In this document: positions 52,501 to 64,000 of the stretch, piece by piece
Layout: each line of letters begins with the position of its first letter
How positions within the stretch are numbered: the first letter of the stretch is position 1
From: Yuukianura sp. NJ FZ-2021
Lineage: Eukaryota
DNA length: 64,000 nucleotides
NCBI GenBank assembly: GCA_046563655.1
Contig: JAJCTO010000009.1
Location: forward strand, 310,001 to 374,000
Reading direction: 5' to 3'
Program-made: the position numbers and the translations under genes
Notes under the pieces: model-generated
The model's database searches: none
What the model was told of the DNA's origin: nothing
The model's input: only the letters and a program-made list of their open reading frames with translations

Positions 52501-55500
52501 ACGTTTTCGCAGTGGTTTTTCCGGAGCAAGTGTTGGGAAAATTTTGTGAACCTGAAAGCGATTCGGTTTAGCTAACGCTGAAAAGCTAGAAAAACTGCGA
52601 AACATTTGGCGCCATACAGACCTACTATTCGACCGTCAGATTTCCATGAAAAATGTGACAAGTCTATCCGTCCACCAACGTTCATAAGCGTAATTACACA
52701 AATTTGGCCCCATGGAGAGCACATAGAATACCGCCAAGAATTGCAAAGATTCAACGTTTTCGCAGTGGTTTTTCCGGAGCAAGTGTTGGGAAAATTTTGT
52801 GAAACTGAAAGCGATTCGGTTTAGCTAACGCTGAAAAGCTAGAAAAACTGCGAAACATTTGGCGCTATACGGACCTACTATTCGACCGTGCAGATTTCCA
52901 TGAAAGATGTGACAAGTCTATCCGTCCACCAACGTTCATAAGCGTAATTACACAAATTTGGCCCCATGGAGAGCACATAGAATACCGCCAAGAATTGCAA
53001 AGATTCAACGTTTTCGCAGTGGTTTTTCCGGAGCAAGTGTTGGGAAAATTTTGTGAACCTCAAAGCGATTCGGTTTAGCTAACGCTGAAAAGCTAGAAAA
53101 ACTGCGAAACATTTGGCGCCATACAGACCTACTATTCGACCGTCAGATTTCCATGAAAAATGTGACAAGTCTATCCGTCCACCAACGTTCATAAGCGTAA
53201 TTACACAAATTTGGCCCCATGGAGAGCACATAAAATACCGCCAAGAATTGCAAAGATTCAACGTTTTCGCAGTGGTTTTTCCGGAGCAAGGGTGTGGGAA
53301 AATATTGTGAACCTCAAAGCGATTCCGCTGAGCTAACGCTGAGAAGCTAGAAAAACTGCGAAACATTTGGCGCTATACAGACCTACTATTCGACCGTGCA
53401 GATTTCCATGAAAAATGTGACAAGTCTATCCGTCCTCCAACGTTCATAAGCGTAATTACACAAATTTGGCCCCATGGAGAGCACATAGAATACCGCCAAG
53501 AATTGCAAAGATTCAACGTTTTCGCAGTGGTTTTTCCGGAGCAAGTGTTGGGAAAATTTTGTGAACCTGAAAGCGATTCGGTTTAGCTAACGCTGAAAAG
53601 CTAGAAAAACTGCGAAACATTTGGCGCTATACAGACCTACTATTCGACCGTGCAGATTTCCACGAAAAATGTGACAAGTCTATCCGTCCACCAACGTTCA
53701 TAAGCGTAATTACACAAATTTGGCCCCATGGAGAGCACATAGAATACCGCCAAGAATTGCAAAGATTCAACGTTTTCGCAGTGGTTTTTCCGGAGCAAGT
53801 GTTGGGAAAATTTTGTGAACCTCAAAGCGATTCGGTTTAGCTAACGCTGAAAAGCTAGAAAAACTGCGAAACATTTGGCGCCATACAGACCTACTATTCG
53901 ACCGTCAGATTTCCATGAAAAATGTGACAAGTCTATCCGTCCACCAACGTTCATAAGCGTAATTACACAAATTTAGCCCCATGGAGAGCACATAAAATAC
54001 CGCCAAGAATTGCCAAGATTCAACGTTTTCGCAGTGGTTTTTCCGGAGCAAGTGTTGGGAAAATTTTGTGAAACTGAAAGCGATTCGGTTTAGCTAACGC
54101 TGAAAAGCTAGAAAAACTGCGAAACATTTGGCGCTATACGGACCTACTATTCGACCGTGCAGATTTCCATGAAAGATGTGACAAGTCTATCCGTCCACCA
54201 ACGTTCATAAGCGTAATTACACAAATTTGGCCCCATGGAGAGCACATAGAATACCGCCAAGAATTGCAAAGATTCAACGTTTTCGCAGTGGTTTTTCCGG
54301 AGCAAGTGTTGGGAAAATTTTGTGAACCTCAAAGCGATTCGGTTTAGCTAACGCTGAAAAGCTAGAAAAACTGCGAAACATTTGGCGCCATACAGACCTA
54401 CTATTCGACCGTCAGATTTCCATGAAAAATGTGACAAGTCTATCCGTCCACCAACGTTCATAAGCGTAATTACACAAATTTGGCCCCATGGAGAGCACAT
54501 AAAATACCGCCAAGAATTGCAAAGATTCAACGTTTTCGCAGTGGTTTTTCCGGAGCAAGGGTGTGGGAAAATATTGTGAACCTCAAAGCGATTCCGCTGA
54601 GCTAACGCTGAGAAGCTAGAAAAACTGCGAAACATTTGGCACTATACAGACCTACTATTCGACCGTCAGATTTCCATGAAAAATGTGACAAGTCTATCCG
54701 TCCACCAACGTTCATAAGCGTAATTACACAAATTTGGCCCCATGGAGAGCACATAGAATACCGCCAAGAATTGCAAAGATTCAACGTTTTCGCAATGGTT
54801 TTTCCGGAGCAAGTGTTGGGAAAATTTTGTGAACCTGAAAGCGATTCGGTTTAGCTAACGCTGAAAAGCTAGAAAAACTGCGAAACATTTGGCGCTATAC
54901 AGACCTACTATTCGACCGTGCAGATTTCCATGAAAAATGTGACAAGTGTATCCGTCTAGCAACGTTCATAAGCGTAATTACACAAATTTGACACAATGGA
55001 GAGCACATAGAAAACTGCCAAGAATTGCAAAGATTCAACGCTTTCGCAGTGGTTTTTCCGGAGCAAGTGTTGGGAAAATTTTGTGAACCTGAAAGCGATT
55101 CCGGTTTAGCTAACGCTGAGAAGCTAGAAAAACTGCGAAACATTTGGCGCTATACAGACCTACTATTCGACCGTGCAGATTTCCATGAAAAATGTGACAA
55201 GTCTATCCGTCCACCAACGTTCATAAGCGTAATTACACAAATTTGGCCCCATGGAGAGCACATAGAATACCGCCAAGAATTGCAAAGATTCAACGTTTTC
55301 GCAGTGGTTTTTCCGGAGCAAGGGTGTGGGAAAATATTGTGAACCTCAAAGCGATTCCGCTGAGCTAACGCTGAGAAGCTAGAAAAACTGCGAAACATTT
55401 GGCGATATACAGACCTGCTATTCGACCGTGCAGATTTCCATGAAAAATGTGACAAGTCTATCCGTCCACCAACGTTCATAAGCGTAATTACACAAATTTG

Positions 55501-58500
55501 GCCCCATGGAGAGCACATAGAATACCGCCAAGAATTGCAAAGATTCAACGTTTTCGCAGTGGTTTTTCCGGAGCAAGGGTGTGGGAAAATATTGTGAACC
55601 TCAAAGCGATTCCGCTGAGCTAACGCTGAGAAGCTAGAAAAACTGCGAAACATTTGGCGATATACAGACCTACTATTCGACCGTGCAGATTTCCATGAAA
55701 GATGTGACAAGTCTATCCGTCCACCAACGTTCATAAGCGTAATTACACAAATTTGGCCCCATGGAGAGCACATAGAATACCGCCAAGAATTGCAAAGATT
55801 CAACGTTTTCGCAGTGGTTTTTCCGGAGCAAGTGTTGGGAAAATTTTGTGAACCTCAAAGCGATTCGGTTTAGCTAACGCTGAAAAGCTAGAAAAACTGC
55901 GAAACATTTGGCGCCATACAGACCTACTATTCGACCGTCAGATTTCCATGAAAAATGTGACAAGTCTATCCGTCCACCAACGTTCATAAGCGTAATTACA
56001 CAAATTTGGCCCCATGGAGAGCACGTAAAATACCGCCAAGAATTGCAAAGATTCAACGTTTTCGCAGTGGTTTTTCCGGAGCAAGGGTGTGGGAAAATAT
56101 TGTGAACCTCAAAGCGATTCCGCTGAGCTAACGCTGAGAAGCTAGAAAAACTGCGAAACATTTGGCGCTATACAGACCTGCTATTCGACCGTGCAGATTT
56201 CCATGAAAAATGTGACAAGTCTATCCGTCCACCAACGTTCATAAGCGTAATTACACAAATTTGGCCCCATGGAGAGCACATAGAATACCGCCAAGAATTG
56301 CAAAGATTCAACGTTTTCGCAGTGGTTTTTCCGGAGCAAGTGTTGGGAAAATTTTGTGAACCTGAAAGCGATTCGGTTTAGCTAACGCTGAAAAGCTAGA
56401 AAAACTGCGAAACATTTTCGCCATACAGACCTACTATTCGACCGTCAGATTTCCATGAAAAATGTGACAAGTCTATCCGTCCACCAACATTCATAAACGT
56501 AATTACACAAATTTGGCCCCATGGAGAGCACATAAAATACCGCCAAGAATTGCAATGATTCAACGTTTTCGCAGTGGTTTTTCCGGAGCAAGTGTTGGGA
56601 AAATTTTGTGAACCTGAAAGCGATTCGGTTTAGCTAACGCTGAAAAGCTAGAAAAACTGCGAAACATTTGGCGCTATACAGACCTACTATTCGACCGTGC
56701 AGATTTCCACGAAAAATGTGACAAGTCTATCCGTCCACCAACGTTCATAAGCGTAATTACACAAATTTGGCCCCATGGAGAGCACATAGAATACCGCCAA
56801 GAATTGCAAAGATTCAACGTTTTCGCAGTGGTTTTTCCGGAGCAAGTGTTGGGAAAATTTTGTGAACCTGAAAGCGATTCGGTTTAGCTAACGCTGAGAA
56901 GCTAGAAAAACTGCGAAACATTTGGCGATATACAGACCTACTATTCGACCGTGCAGATTTCCATGAAAGATGTGACAAGTCTATCCGTCCACCAACGTTC
57001 ATAAGCGTAATTACACAAATTTGGCCCCATGGAGAGCACATAGAATACCGCCAAGAATTGCAAAGATTCAACGTTTTCGCAGTGGTTTTTCCGGAGCAAG
57101 TGTTGGGAAAATTTTGTGAACCTCAAAGCGATTCGGTTTAGCTAACGCTGAAAAGCTAGAAAAACTGCGAAACATTTGGCGCCATACAGACCTACTATTC
57201 GACCGTCAGATTTCCATGAAAAATGTGACAAGTCTATCCGTCCAGCAACGTTCATAAGCGTAATTACACAAATTTGGCCCCATGGAGAGCACATAAAATA
57301 CCGCCAAGAATTGCAAAGATTCAACGTTTTCGCAGTGGTTTTTCCGGAGCAAGGGTGTGGGAAAATATTGTGAACCTCAAAGCGATTCCGCTGAGCTAAC
57401 GCTGAGAAGCTAGAAAAACTGCGAAACATTTGGCGCTATACAGACCTGCTATTCGACCGTGCAGATTTCCATGAAAAATGTGACAAGTCTATCCGTCCAC
57501 CAACGTTCATAAGCGTAATTACACAAATTTGGCCCCATGGAGAGCACATAGAATACCGCCAAGAATTGCAAAGATTCAACGTTTTCGCAGTGGTTTTTCC
57601 GGAGCAAGGGTGTGGGAAAATATTGTGAACCTCAAAGCGATTCCGCTGAGCTAACGCTGAGAAGCTAGAAAAACTGCGAAACATTTGGCGATATACAGAC
57701 CTACTATTCGACCGTGCAGATTTCCATGAAAGATGTGACAAGTCTATCCGTCCACCAACGTTCATAAGCGTAATTACACAAATTTGGCCCCATGGAGAGC
57801 ACATAGAATACCGCCAAGAATTGCAAAGATTCAACGTTTTCGCAATGGTTTTTCCGGAGCAAGTGTTGGGAAAATTTTGTGAACCTGAAAGCGATTCGGT
57901 TTAGCTAACGCTGAAAAGCTAGAAAAACTGCGAAACATTTGGCGCTATACAGACCTACTATTCGACCGTGCAGATTTCCATGAAAAATGTGACAAGTGTA
58001 TCCGTCTAGCAACGTTCATAAGCGTAATTACACAAATTTGACACAATGGAGAGCACATAGAAAACCGCCAAGAATTGCAAAGATTCAACGCTTTCGCAGT
58101 GGTTTTCCGGAGCAAGTGTTGGGAAAATTTTGTGAACCTGAAAGCGATTCGGTTTAGCTAACGCTGAGAAGCTAGAAAAACTGCGAAACATTTGGCGCTA
58201 TACAGACCTACTATTCGACCGTGCAGATTTCCATGAAAAATGTGACAAGTCTATCCGTCCACCAACGTTCATAAGCGTAATTACACAAATTTGGCCCCAT
58301 GGAGAGCACATAGAATACCGCCAAGAATTGCAAAGATTCAACGTTTTCGCAGTGGTTTTTCCGGAGCAAGGGTGTGGGAAAATATTGTGAACCTCAAAGC
58401 GATTCCGCTGAGCTAACGCTGAGAAGCTAGAAAAACTGCGAAACATTTGGCGATATACAGACCTGCTATTCGACCGTGCAGATTTCCATGAAAAATGTGA

Positions 58501-61500
58501 CAAGTCTATCCGTCCACCAACGTTCATAAGCGTAATTACACAAATTTGGCCCCATGGAGAGCACATAGAATACCGCCAAGAATTGCAAAGATTCAACGTT
58601 TTCGCAGTGGTTTTTCCGGAGCAAGGGTGTGGGAAAATATTGTGAACCTCAAAGCGATTCCGCTGAGCTAACGCTGAGAAGCTAGAAAAACTGCGAAACA
58701 TTTGGCGATATACAGACCTACTATTCGACCGTGCAGATTTCCATGAAAGATGTGACAAGTCTATCCGTCCACCAACGTTCATAAGCGTAATTACACAAAT
58801 TTGGCCCCATGGAGAGCACATAGAATACCGCCAAGAATTGCAAAGATTCAACGTTTTCGCAGTGGTTTTTCCGGAGCAAGTGTTGGGAAAATTTTGTGAA
58901 CCTCAAAGCGATTCGGTTTAGCTAACGCTGAAAAGCTAGAAAAACTGCGAAACATTTGGCGCCATACAGACCTACTATTCGACCGTCAGATTTCCATGAA
59001 AAATGTGACAAGTCTATCCGTCCACCAACGTTCATAAGCGTAATTACACAAATTTGGCCCCATGGAGAGCACGTAAAATACCGCCAAGAATTGCAAAGAT
59101 TCAACGTTTTCGCAGTGGTTTTTCCGGAGCAAGGGTGTGGGAAAATATTGTGAACCTCAAAGCGATTCCGCTGAGCTAACGCTGAGAAGCTAGAAAAACT
59201 GCGAAACATTTGGCGCTATACAGACCTGCTATTCGACCGTGCAGATTTCCATGAAAAATGTGACAAGTCTATCCGTCCACCAACGTTCATAAGCGTAATT
59301 ACACAAATTTGGCCCCATGGAGAGCACATAGAATACCGCCAAGAATTGCAAAGATTCAACGTTTTCGCAGTGGTTTTTCCGGAGCAAGTGTTGGGAAAAT
59401 TTTGTGAACCTGAAAGCGATTCGGTTTAGCTAACGCTGAAAAGCTAGAAAAACTGCGAAACATTTTCGCCATACAGACCTACTATTCGACCGTCAGATTT
59501 CCATGAAAAATGTGACAAGTCTATCCGTCCACCAACGTTCATAAACGTAATTACACAAATTTGGCCCCATGGAGAGCACATAAAATACCGCCAAGAATTG
59601 CAATGATTCAACGTTTTCGCAGTGGTTTTTCCGGAGCAAGTGTTGGGAAAATTTTGTGAACCTGAAAGCGATTCGGTTTAGCTAACGCTGAAAAGCTAGA
59701 AAAACTGCGAAACATTTGGCGCTATACAGACCTACTATTCGACCGTGCAGATTTCCACGAAAAATGTGACAAGTCTATCCGTCCACCAACGTTCATAAGC
59801 GTAATTACACAAATTTGGCCCCATGGAGAGCACATAGAATACCGCCAAGAATTGCAAAGATTCAACGTTTTCGCAGTGGTTTTTCCGGAGCAAGTGTTGG
59901 GAAAATTTTGTGAACCTGAAAGCGATTCGGTTTAGCTAACGCTGAGAAGCTAGAAAAACTGCGAAACATTTGGCGATATACAGACCTACTATTCGACCGT
60001 GCAGATTTCCATGAAAGATGTGACAAGTCTATCCGTCCACCAACGTTCATAAGCGTAATTACACAAATTTGGCCCCATGGAGAGCACATAGAATACCGCC
60101 AAGAATTGCAAAGATTCAACGTTTTCGCAGTGGTTTTTCCGGAGCAAGTGTTGGGAAAATTTTGTGAACCTCAAAGCGATTCGGTTTAGCTAACGCTGAA
60201 AAGCTAGAAAAACTGCGAAACATTTGGCGCCATACAGACCTACTATTCGACCGTCAGATTTCCATGAAAAATGTGACAAGTCTATCCGTCCAGCAACGTT
60301 CATAAGCGTAATTACACAAATTTGGCCCCATGGAGAGCACATAAAATACCGCCAAGAATTGCAAAGATTCAACGTTTTCGCAGTGGTTTTTCCGGAGCAA
60401 GGGTGTGGGAAAATATTGTGAACCTCAAAGCGATTCCGCTGAGCTAACGCTGAGAAGCTAGAAAAACTGCGAAACATTTGGCGCTATACAGACCTGCTAT
60501 TCGACCGTGCAGATTTCCATGAAAAATGTGACAAGTCTATCCGTCCACCAACGTTCATAAGCGTAATTACACAAATTTGGCCCCATGGAGAGCACATAGA
60601 ATACCGCCAAGAATTGCAAAGATTCAACGTTTTCGCAGTGGTTTTTCCGGAGCAAGGGTGTGGGAAAATATTGTGAACCTCAAAGCGATTCCGCTGAGCT
60701 AACGCTGAGAAGCTAGAAAAACTGCGAAACATTTGGCGATATACAGACCTACTATTCGACCGTGCAGATTTCCATGAAAGATGTGACAAGTCTATCCGTC
60801 CACCAACGTTCATAAGCGTAATTACACAAATTTGGCCCCATGGAGAGCACATAGAATACCGCCAAGAATTGCAAAGATTCAACGTTTTCGCAGTGGTTTT
60901 TCCGGAGCAAGTGTTGGGAAAATTTTGTGAACCTCAAAGCGATTCGGTTTAGCTAACGCTGAAAAGCTAGAAAAACTGCGAAACATTTGGCGCCATACAG
61001 ACCTACTATTCGACCGTCAGATTTCCATGAAAAATGTGACAAGTCTATCCGTCCACCAACGTTCATAAGCGTAATTACACAAATTTGGCCCCATGGAGAG
61101 CACATAAAATACCGCCAAGAATTGCAAAGATTCAACGTTTTCGCAGTGGTTTTTCCGGAGCAAGGGTGTGGGAAAATATTGTGAACCTCAAAGCGATTCC
61201 GCTGAGCTAACGCTGAGAAGCTAGAAAAACTGCGAAACATTTGGCGCTATACAGACCTGCTATTCGACCGTGCAGATTTCCATGAAAAATGTGACAAGTC
61301 TATCCGTCCACCAACGTTCATAAGCGTAATTACACAAATTTGGCCCCATGGAGAGCACATAGAATACCGCCAAGAATTGCAAAGATTCAACGTTTTCGCA
61401 GTGGTTTTTCCGGAGCAAGTGTTGGGAAAATTTTGTGAACCTGAAAGCGATTCGGTTTAGCTAACGCTGAAAAGCTAGAAAAACTGCGAAACATTTTCGC

Positions 61501-64000
61501 CATACAGACCTACTATTCGACCGTCAGATTTCCATGAAAAATGTGACAAGTCTATCCGTCCACCAACGTTCATAAACGTAATTACACAAATTTGGCCCCA
61601 TGGAGAGCACATAAAATACCGCCAAGAATTGCAATGATTCAACGTTTTCGCAGTGGTTTTTCCGGAGCAAGTGTTGGGAAAATTTTGTGAACCTGAAAGC
61701 GATTCGGTTTAGCTAACGCTGAAAAGCTAGAAAAACTGCGAAACATTTGGCGCTATACAGACCTACTATTCGACCGTGCAGATTTCCACGAAAAATGTGA
61801 CAAGTCTATCCGTCCACCAACGTTCATAAGCGTAATTACACAAATTTGGCCCCATGGAGAGCACATAGAATACCGCCAAGAATTGCAAAGATTCAACGTT
61901 TTCGCAGTGGTTTTTCCGGAGCAAGTGTTGGGAAAATTTTGTGAACCTGAAAGCGATTCGGTTTAGCTAACGTTGAAAAGCTAGAAAAACTGCGAAACAT
62001 TTGGCGCTATACAGACCTACTATTCGACCGTGCAGATTTCCACGAAAAATGTGACAAGTCTATCCGTCCACCAACGTTCATAAGCGTAATTACACAAATT
62101 TGGCCCCATGGAGAGCACATAGAATACCGCCAAGAATTGCAAAGATTCAACGTTTTCGCAGTGGTTTTTCCGGAGCAAGTGTTGGGAAAATTTTGTGAAC
62201 CTCAAAGCGATTCGGTTTAGCTAACGCTGAAAAGCTAGAAAAACTGCGAAACATTTGGCGCCATACAGACCTACTATTCGACCGTCAGATTTCCATGAAA
62301 AATGTGACAAGTCTATCCGTCCACCAACGTTCATAAGCGTAATTACACAAATTTGGCCCCATGGAGAGCACATAAAATACCGCCAAGAATTGCCAAGATT
62401 CAACGTTTTCGCAGTGGTTTTTCCGGAGCAAGTGTTGGGAAAATTTTGTGAAACTGAAAGCGATTCGGTTTAGCTAACGCTGAAAAGCTAGAAAAACTGC
62501 GAAACATTTGGCGCTATACGGACCTACTATTCGACCGTGCAGATTTCCATGAAAGATGTGACAAGTCTATCCGTCCACCAACGTTCATAAGCGTAATTAC
62601 ACAAATTTGGCCCCATGGAGAGCACATAGAATACCGCCAAGAATTGCAAAGATTCAACGTTTTCGCAGTGGTTTTTCCGGAGCAAGTGTTGGGAAAATTT
62701 TGTGAACCTGAAAGCGATTCGGTTTAGCTAACGCTGAAAAGCTAGAAAAACTGCGAAACATTTGGCGCCATACAGACCTACTATTCGACCGTCAGATTTC
62801 CATGAAAAATGTGACAAGTCTATCCGTCCACCAACGTTCATAAGCGTAATTACACAAATTTGGCCCCATGGAGAGCACATAGAATACCGCCAAGAATTGC
62901 AAAGATTCAACGTTTTCGCAGTGGTTTTTCCGGAGCAAGGGTGTGGGAAAATATTGTGAACCTCAAAGCGATTCCGCTGAGCTAACGCTGAGAAGCTAGA
63001 AAAACTGCGAAACATTTGGCGCTATACAGACCTACTATTCGACCGTGCAGATTTCCATGAAAAATGTGACAAGTCTATCCGTCCTCCAACGTTCATAAGC
63101 GTAATTACACAAATTTGGCCCCATGGAGAGCACATAGAATACCGCCAAGAATTGCAAAGATTCAACGTTTTCGCAGTGGTTTTTCCGGAGCAAGTGTTGG
63201 GAAAATTTTGTGAACCTGAAAGCGATTCGGTTTAGCTAACGCTGAAAAGCTAGAAAAACTGCGAAACATTTGGCGCTATACAGACCTACTATTCGACCGT
63301 GCAGATTTCCACGAAAAATGTGACAAGTCTATCCGTCCACCAACGTTCATAAGCGTAATTACACAAATTTGGCCCCATGGAGAGCACATAGAATACCGCC
63401 AAGAATTGCAAAGATTCAACGTTTTCGCAGTGGTTTTTCCGGAGCAAGTGTTGGGAAAATTTTGTGAACCTCAAAGCGATTCGGTTTAGCTAACGCTGAA
63501 AAGCTAGAAAAACTGCGAAACATTTGGCGCCATACAGACCTACTATTCGACCGTCAGATTTCCATGAAAAATGTGACAAGTCTATCCGTCCACCAACGTT
63601 CATAAGCGTAATTACACAAATTTAGCCCCATGGAGAGCACATAAAATACCGCCAAGAATTGCCAAGATTCAACGTTTTCGCAGTGGTTTTTCCGGAGCAA
63701 GTGTTGGGAAAATTTTGTGAAACTGAAAGCGATTCGGTTTAGCTAACGCTGAAAAGCTAGAAAAACTGCGAAACATTTGGCGCTATACGGACCTACTATT
63801 CGACCGTGCAGATTTCCATGAAAGATGTGACAAGTCTATCCGTCCACCAACGTTCATAAGCGTAATTACACAAATTTGGCCCCATGGAGAGCACATAGAA
63901 TACCGCCAAGAATTGCAAAGATTCAACGTTTTCGCAGTGGTTTTTCCGGAGCAAGTGTTGGGAAAATTTTGTGAACCTCAAAGCGATTCGGTTTAGCTAA
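28507..64000 (+). repeat. Satellite array B, head-to-tail ~253-255 bp monomers (about 140 copies, continuing past the right edge), uninterrupted
   Basis: The unit gacctactattcgaccgt(g)cagatttccatgaaaaatgtgacaag...gcgaaacatttggcgctataca recurs every 253-255 bp to the end of the window. I saw no foreign sequence or inversion. Confidence 0.99.

Noticed and set aside
28449..63981. Repeated ORFs in satellite B, including 132-217 aa ones and the GKTT (P-loop-like) string in HPCSGKTT
   Set aside because: Long ORFs arise only when 255-bp monomers keep frame. The motif lacks the GxxxxGK context and is chance.
1..64000. CRISPR array or prokaryotic system
   Set aside because: No repeat-unique spacer alternation. 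Units are 250-290 bp and wholly repeated, and the inserts are eukaryotic retroelements.
1..64000. 5S rRNA, tRNA, snRNA or spliced-leader tandem gene arrays
   Set aside because: Neither monomer shows recognisable 5S/tRNA sequence or convincing Pol III A/B boxes. An Rfam scan would be needed to exclude divergent ncRNAs.

Overview
Eukaryotic (probably invertebrate) satellite heterochromatin with no host genes. Two tandem-repeat arrays meet at an abrupt junction near 28.5 kb: satellite A (~285-287 bp monomer, 1-28497) and satellite B (~253-255 bp monomer, 28507-64000). Almost all ORFs in the track are artefacts of these monomers. Array A is interrupted by four insertions, each with a target-site duplication (TSD). 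(1) 8580-9568 (-): a BEL/Pao LTR retrotransposon collapsed to 989 bp that still keeps short pieces of LTR, tRNA-Phe PBS, gag N-terminus, DUF1759, zinc-knuckle end, pre-RT, RT and integrase in native order. (2) 19330-20013: an unclassified non-coding element at a (C)TTAA(GA) site carrying a 315-bp near-perfect hairpin. (3) 20498-21971 (+): a 5'-truncated CR1/L2-group LINE. (4) 26347-26751: a Gypsy-type solo LTR. The two LTR elements sit at the same nucleotide position of different A monomers. Three of the four insertions plus the A/B junction fall in a ~28-bp window between the arms of an 11-bp inverted repeat of the monomer. Array B has no insertions but shows local 4-, 5-, 7- and 12-mer higher-order duplications. 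All protein motif calls are manual translations judged against remembered family consensus, not database searches.
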